Source of the DNA: Escherichia coli
GTDB lineage: Bacteria > Pseudomonadota > Gammaproteobacteria > Enterobacterales > Enterobacteriaceae
DNA length: 64,000 nt
Reading direction: 5' to 3' (one strand)
Assembly (NCBI RefSeq): GCF_003991155.1
Contig: NZ_CP031293.1
This document shows, piece by piece, positions 9,169-17,704 of this stretch; the stretch's first letter is position 1; the number at the start of each line of letters is the position of its first letter. The notes beneath the pieces were generated by a model. It did not search any database, was not told the origin of the DNA, and was given only the letters and a program-made list of their open reading frames with translations. Both the position numbers and the translations under genes were made by a program.

Positions 9169-10479
9169 ATGACTATAACAACCCTAATACAAAAAGCAGG
9201 ACTTACAATCTGTATAGCTGGCGGTGTACTCGCGGCAACAGGCGGGTTGATGCAATCCGCTGTGCTCTGGCAACCTGGATTGGTGATGCTTACTGCAGGC
9301 TTTGCCCTCGGTGCTGGTTACTGGCCGATACTTCGAAGTTATCAATTCACGTTATGGATTATCGCAGGTTTCGTGGCTGCGATGACCTGGTCGATGGATT
9401 TGATTGTCTGGGGCGGGTTTAACATTACTCACAAATGGATCGTGTTTTTAGTCATTCAGGCAACGATGTTCAGTATGGGTACCAAACTGACGATTCAGGA
9501 TTTTATCGATGTTGCCAAAATGCCATGGGCGGTGTTTATTGGCACCTTCTGCCACTTTGTGATTATGCCGTTGCTGGGGCTAACCATTACGCTGTTATTT
9601 GATTTTCCGCCAGAAGTTGCGGTGGGGATCCTGCTCATAGGTGCCTGCCCTAGCGGTTTATCATCAACTGTTATGGTTTATATCGCTAACGCGAACCTCG
9701 CGCTGGCGGTATCAATCGCCGCAGTTTCTACGCTGGCAGCAACGGTTATGACGCCGTTGTGGGTAAATTTGCTGGCTGGCTCCATGATTGACATCCAACT
9801 TACCGCAATGGTTATGGACGTGGTGAAAATTGTCCTTATACCAATTGGTGCAGCAATTTTGCATGACTACCTGAAAACGTACGCTGGAGTTCGAGGTCGA
9901 CGAACCGTGCAGCTTCTCGCCGGGATCTGCGCCCTGTGGCTAATTTACATGAGCTCTGGTGGTTGGGACTATCTCTTTGACAACGCCAGTGCAGACGTAC
10001 AAATGTATGCCGTGGTACTGAACTTTGTCACGGGTGGCATTGTATGGGCGTTGTTCTATAACTGGCTGTACAGTCGCGTGGAAGGCATTCAAAAGATTAT
10101 GCCAACCATCTCTATGATTGGGATCATCTTCTTTACCACCACCGCTGCGGCAGCTGGTCGTGATAACCTGTTGCAGGTTGGTTTCCTGCTTTGTTTCGCC
10201 ATGTTGTTGCATAACCTTGGCGGTTTCCTGATTGGCTATCTGATGAGTCGCTGGATATTCCGCATGGACGAACAATCGTCCCGTACCGTAGCCTTTGAAG
10301 TGGGATTGCAAAACGGAGGTATGGCGTCAGGTCTGGCAGCGGCAATGGGCAAACTGGCTACAGTTGGCCTTGCCTCTGCAGTCATGACACCTCTCGGCAA
10401 TGTGAGTGGTTCGCTGTTGGCAAACTACTGGCGCAAAAAAGACGCTCGTAAAGCACAGACTGCGAATAAAGACAAATAG
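9169..10479 (+). CDS. BASS-family (bile acid:sodium symporter / SBF-like) transporter with N-terminal extension
   Basis: Highly hydrophobic 436-aa ORF, GACPSGLSSTVMVYIANANLALAVS signature region; start codon uncertain. Confidence 0.65.
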   Translation: MTITTLIQKAGLTICIAGGVLAATGGLMQSAVLWQPGLVMLTAGFALGAGYWPILRSYQFTLWIIAGFVAAMTWSMDLIVWGGFNITHKWIVFLVIQATMFSMGTKLTIQDFIDVAKMPWAVFIGTFCHFVIMPLLGLTITLLFDFPPEVAVGILLIGACPSGLSSTVMVYIANANLALAVSIAAVSTLAATVMTPLWVNLLAGSMIDIQLTAMVMDVVKIVLIPIGAAILHDYLKTYAGVRGRRTVQLLAGICALWLIYMSSGGWDYLFDNASADVQMYAVVLNFVTGGIVWALFYNWLYSRVEGIQKIMPTISMIGIIFFTTTAAAAGRDNLLQVGFLLCFAMLLHNLGGFLIGYLMSRWIFRMDEQSSRTVAFEVGLQNGGMASGLAAAMGKLATVGLASAVMTPLGNVSGSLLANYWRKKDARKAQTANKDK

Positions 10480-10514
10480 TCTGCCTGTTGTAACCTTTCA
10501 AAAGGAAACTCAAT

Positions 10515-10934
10515 ATGACGACATTGACCCTGAAACAAGCATTGCTTGCAGTAGAGTATGCGCTTGATCTTGCAGTGCAACAATATGCTGGCCGTCCTTT
10601 AAGTGTGGCAGTATGCGATGTTAATGGTGAATTGCTGAGCTTTGCCCGCATGGATAGAGCCAAACTGTTAACTATTGAATTAACGCAGCGTAAAGCACGA
10701 ACCAGTAGTCGTCTGGGCTGTACGACAGCAGCATTCTTACAGCGTCTACAAAAAGAGCAACTTGATATCAGCTATTTTGGAGATCCCCGGTTTACCGCAT
10801 TACCAGGAGGGATCCCTATTCTGGTTAAAGGAAAATGCATTGGTGCTGTTGCTGTGGGGGGATTATCCGCACGAGAAGATCATGATGCGGCACAGGCTGT
10901 CGCAGATAAACTGCTTGAGGAGATGACCAAATGA
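10515..10934 (+). CDS. GlcG/DUF336 (HbpS-like) protein
   Basis: 139 aa, typical DUF336 length and GAVAVGG glycine-rich motif. Confidence 0.6.
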   Translation: MTTLTLKQALLAVEYALDLAVQQYAGRPLSVAVCDVNGELLSFARMDRAKLLTIELTQRKARTSSRLGCTTAAFLQRLQKEQLDISYFGDPRFTALPGGIPILVKGKCIGAVAVGGLSAREDHDAAQAVADKLLEEMTK

Positions 10935-11581
10935 AAAAAATAGCCATGCTTCACACCAGTTCAGCCACGCTTGCGGTGATGCAACAACTGATAGGCGATA
11001 TCATGCCTGAGGCTGAAGTGATGCATCTGGTTGAGGAGTCTATGATTAAGCAGGTGATGAAAGCGGGCGGTGTTACGCCAGATATCGCCGCACGGATCGC
11101 TGATTACATACGGATCGCTGAAAAAGCCGACTGCGATATTTTCATTACCGCTTGTTCATCAATTGGTACTGCTGTCGAACAGTGTCAATTTATGACTTCA
11201 GTACAACTGGCACGGATTGACTGTGCGATGGTGGATGAAGCAATCAACAAAGGGGAACACATTGCTGTGCTGGCAACGGTGGCCACAACGCTGAAACCGA
11301 CGCTTGATTTTGTCCGGCGAAAAGTTCAGGAAAGTGGAAAACAGCGGATTATTACACCTGTTTTAATGGAAGAAGCCTTCCATGCGTTATTGAATGGTGA
11401 TATGGGAACGCATGACCGCATTGTGAGTGAAGGATTACAAAAGGCCTTTGGGCAGGCAGATGTTATTATGTTAGCGCAGGCATCGATGGCACGGGTGCTG
11501 CAAAATATGCCTGAGCCTCCGGTTCCGGTATTAACATCGCCAGAAAGCGGTATTCGCTGGTTGAAAACATTCGCGAGTTAA
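10931..11581 (+). CDS. AroM-like / Asp-Glu-hydantoin racemase superfamily protein
   Basis: 216 aa; architecture resembles E. coli AroM as recalled; ATGA overlap with upstream gene; family assignment tentative. Confidence 0.45.
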   Translation: MKKIAMLHTSSATLAVMQQLIGDIMPEAEVMHLVEESMIKQVMKAGGVTPDIAARIADYIRIAEKADCDIFITACSSIGTAVEQCQFMTSVQLARIDCAMVDEAINKGEHIAVLATVATTLKPTLDFVRRKVQESGKQRIITPVLMEEAFHALLNGDMGTHDRIVSEGLQKAFGQADVIMLAQASMARVLQNMPEPPVPVLTSPESGIRWLKTFAS

Positions 11582-11684
11582 GTCAGGTATAGTTTCTATA
11601 TTAAAGACGTTTACACATAATGGTGTACAGGCCCATTCAGAAACGGAACTGGGAATTTATTAACGGATAATCCGGAAACGTATT

Positions 11685-11716
11685 AAATGGCAGAAGGTAA
11701 CTACTTTCTGCCATTT
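11685..11716 (+). terminator. perfect 11-bp inverted repeat (AAATGGCAGAA / TTCTGCCATTT, 10-nt loop) ~105 nt downstream of the operon
   Basis: Seen directly; no clear T-tract follows, so terminator function is uncertain. Confidence 0.35.
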
Positions 11717-12101
11717 CACAGACAGGATGTACATATTAATCGGCCATGATGGTTGACATAAAAAATGCATCGGCAGTGATGTGGCAAGTTTTTCCCGGAC
11801 AATGTTTTTCTTCATCCCACTTGCAGAAAATATATAATATTATATTTTATATAACATTTTCTAACTCATTGAATACACTTGCAAATCTTCTCATTCTTAC
11901 TTAGAAATATTATTAATTTTAACGTTCTTTGTTGAATGTTTGTTTGGTTACAGCCATCTAATTTTTTAAATGCACAGTATCTGTGGATAACTTTGCGTAA
12001 ACACTGGGGACAGAGCTCGTTGAACCAGAGAAAGCACGCATGAAAACAAAATACTCATTCTTTAACCATTCTGTATAAGATCAGATGTCAGATCTGCTCA
12101 A

Positions 12102-12157
12102 TTCCGCTTTCCCGGTCACTGACTCGCTACGCTCGATCGTTCGGTTGCGGCGAGCGG
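12102..12157. other. ~56-bp segment resembling ColE1/pMB1-type plasmid backbone sequence
   Basis: TTCCGCTTTCCCGGTCACTGACTCGCTACGCTCGATCGTTCGGTTGCGGCGAGCGG versus pBR322/pUC backbone as recalled; roughly 50 of 56 positions match. Confidence 0.4.
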
Positions 12158-12455
12158 AGTCTCCTTTCTCAAAATCAGGCTTCGTGCATCTGGTCACAAA
12201 CCCGTATATCAATCATCATTGATGAGAAATTATCTTTATGAGGGCGTTTTTTTGGTTTCAGTTTTGCACGGAACCAGGAGATTTTTGGGAGTTGTTTTAT
12301 GTATGTTGTAAATAAAATTTTAATATTGACATCTACTGTACGTGCATAGAGTACGCCGGTGACCAACGTCAGCATTCCACTGTTCCAGTAACTAATTAAC
12401 GTAAGTGAAGTTATCGAGGAAGCAATACTGGATGGAGAAGTCGTCCTTGAGGTAT

Positions 12456-12737
12456 TCACTTTCCTTTCGTTCTGCCCATTAGTGGACAGCTAACTAGTGG
12501 CAGGACATCGGAGTACAGCACCTTCCCGTTGTTATTTATCAGCACGGCAGCTTTCTGGTTATTGACGAGCACAGTTTTCACGCCGCCGCCAAAGTTGTGG
12601 AAGACTCGCACCAGTGACTCATGGGTATGTTCAGCATCCTGTATGGGGCAGCAAAGAGATAGAAGCGACGTGAGAACCCCCTGCGTATTAGTCGCGAAGT
12701 TAATGCAGCATCGTTGTCTGACCAGTACCCCAGTCAT
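12456..12737 (-). pseudogene. IS21-family transposase IstA fragment (central DDE region, truncated)
   Basis: Translation ...QDAEHTHESLVRVFHNFGGGVKTVLVNNQKAAVLINNNGKV...GRTKGK closely parallels IS21 IstA and stops inside the TKGK(V)E motif; flanking frames 12738..13143 look like further degenerate remains. Confidence 0.6.
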
Positions 12738-13219
12738 GCTGGAGCTGGTAATCCGGCTGAGTTTTGAAGCGAACCGTTTTCTTCGATTTCCGTCTGGGAA
12801 GTAATCAGACTCAGCACGGACAAAAATTGCAGCGCCCGGATGGCACGGGTAATGGTCAGATTACCGGATGCGGATTAGGTGCCGCGTAGTGAAGCGCGCC
12901 GGATTCAGAGTCGCTAGTATGGTCATACAGCGAAGGAAAGCCGCCAATTTTTGTGCCGGACGTGGAATATACAGCGAATGCTGATGTAAAAGGCGCTCGT
13001 AATATTTTAGCTGCGGGACATACTGTGCTTGCCAGGGAAGGGATGGTGCAGTCAGACCACCCGTTGAAGCGAAATGAACCTGAACCATACGACAACCTGA
13101 AAGTAGCAGGAATCCACGCCCTGAAGGACGTGGAGGAAGTCAAATCGATGGTAGGTTGTAGGTTTATGGCAACATCTGCTTCATTAGATACATGTCGATA
13201 TACAGAACATATATCACAT

Positions 13220-13903
13220 TTATGAATTTTCTTTTATCCTGCTATTTTGGGGTTTATTGTGAAAGTAACTTTCAAGAACAGGCAGATAGTACCAGGATTC
13301 AGGATGTTTTTTCAGGAATTCATTTAAAAATGATTGCATTGTTAAATATAAATCTTTGTTATTTCCTTTATGTATAAAATCATAAATCCACACGTAATTA
13401 CTGTAATTAGAATCAAAGTATGATGCAATAAAATACGCATTAGCACCTGCGCGTCTTACAATATATTCCCAACCACCGTGCAACCATGCTTTCTTATTCA
13501 GTAGACAAGCTTCTCTTACAGAACCATAGTTTTCGCTACTATACACTGAGGGTATATCTGGTAATATAATCAAATTAGCTCCGTTTTTTACAAGCTTAAT
13601 CATGGCCTTTATTTCTGTAATGCCATTTTTTTCGAAAACAGTAATCTGATGCCCAAGTCCAGAAAGTGAATGTATTAATTCCAACTCATTGAGACCATTT
13701 ACAGAACTTCTATAAAAAATAAAATGTGAGTTAGATTTATATGAAAGTAGAATTTTATGAATGGCTGTCCAGTATTCACCAGAATGTAAAACTACAAACA
13801 CAGAATTATTAAGTGTTTTATGTAATGCATCCAAAAAACAGTCTTCATATATAAATTTTGTACGGTGTGCATACTCATGAAGGGTATTCATAGACACAAT
13901 CAT
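13220..13903 (-). CDS. hypothetical AT-rich protein with LpxL/LpxM-like (lipid A late acyltransferase family) features, lacking the usual N-terminal region
   Basis: 227 aa; H-S-G-E-Y-W and ILPDIP motifs resemble HxGxWE and LPDQD motifs of LpxL-family enzymes; markedly AT-rich. Confidence 0.35.
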   Translation of the reverse strand: MIVSMNTLHEYAHRTKFIYEDCFLDALHKTLNNSVFVVLHSGEYWTAIHKILLSYKSNSHFIFYRSSVNGLNELELIHSLSGLGHQITVFEKNGITEIKAMIKLVKNGANLIILPDIPSVYSSENYGSVREACLLNKKAWLHGGWEYIVRRAGANAYFIASYFDSNYSNYVWIYDFIHKGNNKDLYLTMQSFLNEFLKKHPESWYYLPVLESYFHNKPQNSRIKENS

Positions 13904-13983
13904 TTTAGCCCTATTACTGACAATAATGATAATTGATATTCTGAGCGTATCGAAAATAAGTCCGAATTATCAGAAGGTTTATT

Positions 13984-14756
13984 ATGAAAATACTCATTGC
14001 AGGGGCAACCGGAAGTATTGGTCTTCATGTCGTGAATACCGCTATTGAAATGGGTCATCAGCCCGTGGCGCTGGTCAGAAATAAACGCAAAGTAAAATCT
14101 CTTCCTCGTGGAACAGATGTTTTTTACGGCGATGTTTCAATGCCGGAAACACTCACCGAATTGCCGAAAGATATTGATGCCATCATCTTCACTCTCGGTT
14201 CTGATGGCCAGGGGCGTATTGGTGCCAGAGCGATCGATTACGGAGGAGTGCGTAATATTTTGCGAATATTCAGGGATACACCTGTTCGTATCAGCTAATG
14301 ACCACGATTGGCGTGACTGAGCGGCTCAGCACTTGGAATCAACGCACTGAGGTTCATGACAGGAAAAGACGTGCCGAGCGTCTGGTCAGGGCCAGCGGTC
14401 ATCCCTATATTATCGTCCGGCCCGGCTGGTTTGATTACAACAATGATGATGAACACAGGATCGTTATGCTTCAGGGGGATCGTCGCCATGCAGGAACACC
14501 GGAAGATGGTGTGATATCCCGGGAGCAAATCGCCCAGGTTCTGGTCAGTGCCCTGACCAACGACGAGGCAAAAAATAAAACGTTCGAGCTGGTGGCTGAA
14601 CGAGGTGAAGCACCACAGGATCTTACCCCACTGTTTGCAGAACTGCAGACTGATGATGCACAAAAAAATGATGGGGTTCTGGACATAGACAATATGCAGC
14701 TGAGAGAAGAACCGGAGTGCATTATTAACGAGCTGAACCTGTATTCAAAAAATTAA
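13984..14756 (+). pseudogene. NAD(P)H-binding NmrA/atypical-SDR-family oxidoreductase split by a frameshift at ~14296
   Basis: First ORF (104 aa) starts with Rossmann motif MKILIAGATGSIG; second ORF (152 aa) continues the family in another frame; junction AGCTAATGACC. Confidence 0.6.
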
Positions 14757-14897
14757 ACAATCTACAACCCTGACAATTTTGTCATATAGCGGTCAGCCTC
14801 ATGACAGTTTAAGTCTGTATATTTACATACACAAACGGGGATAGTTCCCTTGATACGAATCCAGTTTTAAACATAGATTTTAAAAGAGGTATTAAAT

Positions 14898-15149
14898 ATG
14901 AAAGCATTACTTATTACTACATTGGTCATGGGGTTTATTTCAGTGAATGCCGCATCTGCAGCTCAGGAAATTAACCATGCAGATGGGAAAGAAAAGATAG
15001 GTGTAGTCTCAGCCAGCAATGCCTATACGCTTGATGAATTATCGAATACGCTTTCTCGTAAGGCTGATGAACAAGGAGCAACATCGTTCAAAATTCTGTC
15101 AACCACGGGGAATAACCGGCTGCACGGGGTTGCTGAAATCTATAAGTAA
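14898..15149 (+). CDS. BhsA/YdgH/McbA-family (DUF1471) small secreted stress protein
   Basis: 83 aa with signal peptide and C-terminal ...LHGVAEIYK closely paralleling E. coli BhsA. Confidence 0.75.
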   Translation: MKALLITTLVMGFISVNAASAAQEINHADGKEKIGVVSASNAYTLDELSNTLSRKADEQGATSFKILSTTGNNRLHGVAEIYK

Positions 15150-15205
15150 ATCATTAGTATCCTGAGCAGGATGTGTCTTAACCCTCTTATAGCGAGCGTC
15201 GATTT

Positions 15206-15541
15206 ATGTTTAGAACAGAAGACATCATCGATGAGATAACCCAATGGATTGATTCAAATTTACATAAGCCGCTGAAGATAGAGGATGTTGCTGCGCGGGC
15301 AGGATACTCGAGGTGGCATCTTCAGCGGATTTTTGTGCAGGTGAGAGAAATTAGCCTTGGGAAGTACATAAGAGATACGAAACTTAGACTTGCAGCAAAA
15401 GATCTTATCGCGACTAATGAGCCAGTGATGGTTATCGCCTTTAAATATGGATTCGATTCACAACAAACTTTTACTCGGATTTTCTTTAAAAAATATAAAT
15501 TGCCACCATTGAAATATAGGGTAATGACTCCAACTTATTGA
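15206..15541 (+). CDS. MarA/SoxS/Rob-type small AraC-family regulator, 3' end replaced by IS1 sequence
   Basis: Two HTH regions (SRWHLQRIF... / ...QQTFTRIF) like SoxS; IS1 left end begins at 15520 inside the ORF so the last ~7 codons and the stop are IS1-derived. Confidence 0.7.
   Translation: MFRTEDIIDEITQWIDSNLHKPLKIEDVAARAGYSRWHLQRIFVQVREISLGKYIRDTKLRLAAKDLIATNEPVMVIAFKYGFDSQQTFTRIFFKKYKLPPLKYRVMTPTY
15511..15519. repeat. IS1 target-site duplication, left copy (GAAATATAG)
   Basis: Identical 9-mer directly flanks both IS1 ends. Confidence 0.8.
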
Positions 15542-16038
15542 TAGTGTTTTATGTTCAGATAATGCCCGATGACTTTGTCATGCAGCTCCACCGATTTTGA
15601 AAACGACAGCGACTTCCGTCCCAGCCGTGCCAGGTGCTGCCTCAGATTCAGGTTATGCCGCTCAATTCGCTGCGTATATCGCTTGCTGATTACGTGCAGC
15701 TTTCCCTTCAGGCGGGATTCATACAGCGGCCAGCCATCCGTCATCCATATCACCACGTCAAAGGGTGACAGCAGGCTCATAAGACGCCCCAGCGTCGCCA
15801 TAGTGCGTTCACCGAATACGTGCGCAACAACCGTCTTCCGGAGCCTGTCATACGCGTAAAACAGCCAGCGCTGGCGCGATTTAGCCCCGACGTATCCCCA
15901 CTGTTCGTCCATTTCCGCGCAGACGATGACGTCACTGCCCGGCTGTATGCGCGAGGTTACCGACTGCGGCCTGAGTTTTTTAAATGGCGGAAAATCGTGT
16001 TGAGGCCAACGCCCATAATGCGGGCGGTTGCCCGGCAT
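15535..16038 (-). CDS. insB: IS1 InsB (expressed as InsAB' by frameshift)
   Basis: 167-aa ORF matching IS1 InsB. Confidence 0.85.
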   Translation of the reverse strand: MPGNRPHYGRWPQHDFPPFKKLRPQSVTSRIQPGSDVIVCAEMDEQWGYVGAKSRQRWLFYAYDRLRKTVVAHVFGERTMATLGRLMSLLSPFDVVIWMTDGWPLYESRLKGKLHVISKRYTQRIERHNLNLRQHLARLGRKSLSFSKSVELHDKVIGHYLNIKHYQ

Positions 16039-16232
16039 CCAACGCCATTCATGGCCATATCAATGATTTTCTGGTGCGTACCGGGTTGAGAAGCGGTGTA
16101 AGTGAACTGCAGTTGCCATGTTTTACGGCAATGAGAGCAGAGATAGCGCTGATGTCCGGCGGTGCTTTTGCCGTTACGCACCACTCCGTCAGTAGCTGAA
16201 CAGGAGGGACAGCTGATAGAAACAGAAGCCAC
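15957..16232 (-). CDS. insA: IS1 InsA
   Basis: [42 protein letters not shown]... Confidence 0.9.
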   Translation of the reverse strand: MASVSISCPSCSATDGVVRNGKSTAGHQRYLCSHCRKTWQLQFTYTASQPGTHQKIIDMAMNGVGCRATARIMGVGLNTIFRHLKNSGRSR

Positions 16233-16287
16233 TGGAGCACCTCAAAAACACCATCATACACTAAATCAGTAAGTTGGCAGCATCACC

Positions 16288-16296
16288 GAAATATAG
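16288..16296. repeat. IS1 target-site duplication, right copy (GAAATATAG)
   Basis: Identical 9-mer directly flanks both IS1 ends. Confidence 0.8.
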
Positions 16297-16522
16297 AAAC
16301 GCGGAAAGGAGAAAAAAACTTCACCAGCCCATGTCTTAAGTTCTGTCAGTATGGCTACAGCCTGTTTGCTGAGTGGCACAAGGTGTGGTGTTCGAATCTT
16401 GGTTCCCCAATGAGAGTTCAGGCGGTGTGGGCAAATAAAAAAGAAAACATAAATAAAACCATCCGACCGTTGGTGGGGCTGGATGGTTATTCATTATTTC
16501 TATGTCACTGAACTTTCATTCA

Positions 16523-17704
16523 TCAGATCTGCTCAGAAAGTGAATCAATGTAGTCAGCATACCACTGCATCATTTCACGGCGACCATCCAGATACTGGGC
16601 ATGATTATAGGTACCTCTGATAGCGTTTTTATCCATATGAGCTAACTGCATTTCAATCCAGGCAGAATTAAAGCCCTGTTCGTGCAGAATTGTACTCATG
16701 GTGTGTCTGAAACCGTGCCCTGTGAGTCTTCCCTTATATCCTAGTAATTCAATGACTTGGTTTATGCTTTCCTTACTAATTGGTTTGCGAGGATCGTTCC
16801 TACCGATAAAGACCAGAGGATGATGTTTTGAGATTGGTTCAAGTTGCTTAAATAGCGCAATGACCTGCTCAGAGAGCGGCACAATATGAGGTCGCTTCAT
16901 CTTCATTACTTCTGCCGGGATCTCCCATAATTTTGTCTCAAAATCGATATCCTCCCAGCGTGCGAAACGCAATTCTTGAGTTCGTACACCAGTTAGCATA
17001 ATGATTTGAGTGGCTGTCTTAGTGATAATACTTCCGGTATAACCCGCCAGATCATTGAGGAAGTGGGGAAGTTCATTAGCAGTAAGAAAGGGAAAATGTA
17101 CTTTTTTCGGTGTAGCTAAAGCACTGGCAAGATCGGGAGCAGGGTTGTAGTTAGCCCGACCAGTAACAATTGCATAGCGGAACACCTCTCCACAGCGCTG
17201 GCGGACCTTACGCATTTTCTCCAGAGCTCCACGTTTTTCCATTTTACGCAATGCTTCCAGTAACTCCATTGGTTTGATTTCAGCAATAGGGCGTTTGCCA
17301 ATATAGGGAAAAATATCTTTTTCAAAGGTATCAATGATTTCATCACGATAGCGTAATGACCACCGATCGGCTTTTGACTGATGCCATTCTCGAGCAACGG
17401 CCTCAAATGTGTTTTTCAAACTCATTTGCAGCGCGATTTTTTCTTCTTTTTTTGTCTCACCCGGATCGCATCCTGCAGCGAGGATTTTCCTAGCTTCACT
17501 GCGTTTTTCGCGAGCGTCGGCTAGAGTTACATCGGGGTATACGCCAATAGAAAGCATCTTTTCTTTGCCAGCAAAGCGGTACTTCATACGCCAATATTTA
17601 GAACCATTAGTGTTAATGAGTAGATACATACCGCCACCATCAGACAGCTTATAGGGCTTTTCTTTTGGTTTTGCGGTTTTCACTTTAATATCAGTTAACG
17701 CCAT
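16523..17704 (-). CDS. P4-type (CP4-like) tyrosine integrase
   Basis: 393 aa, C-terminal HGFRHT...Y catalytic signature; lies beside the 3' end of selC in the same orientation. Confidence 0.85.
   Translation of the reverse strand: MALTDIKVKTAKPKEKPYKLSDGGGMYLLINTNGSKYWRMKYRFAGKEKMLSIGVYPDVTLADAREKRSEARKILAAGCDPGETKKEEKIALQMSLKNTFEAVAREWHQSKADRWSLRYRDEIIDTFEKDIFPYIGKRPIAEIKPMELLEALRKMEKRGALEKMRKVRQRCGEVFRYAIVTGRANYNPAPDLASALATPKKVHFPFLTANELPHFLNDLAGYTGSIITKTATQIIMLTGVRTQELRFARWEDIDFETKLWEIPAEVMKMKRPHIVPLSEQVIALFKQLEPISKHHPLVFIGRNDPRKPISKESINQVIELLGYKGRLTGHGFRHTMSTILHEQGFNSAWIEMQLAHMDKNAIRGTYNHAQYLDGRREMMQWYADYIDSLSEQI

Larger units (their letters stand above)
15520..16287 (-). mobile_element. 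IS1 (768 bp) with insA and insB
   Basis: Ends GGTAATGACTCCAACTTATTGATAGTG... and ...CAGTAAGTTGGCAGCATCACC match IS1 termini; InsA (91 aa) and InsB (167 aa) ORFs on the minus strand. Confidence 0.9.

Noticed and set aside
9144-9422. 92-aa ORF overlapping the BASS transporter start
   Set aside because: Alternative frame of the transporter gene; cysteine/arginine-rich with no family resemblance
12175-12804. Short ORFs on both strands around the IS21 fragment
   Set aside because: Overlapping frames of a decayed transposase region; none has independent coding signals
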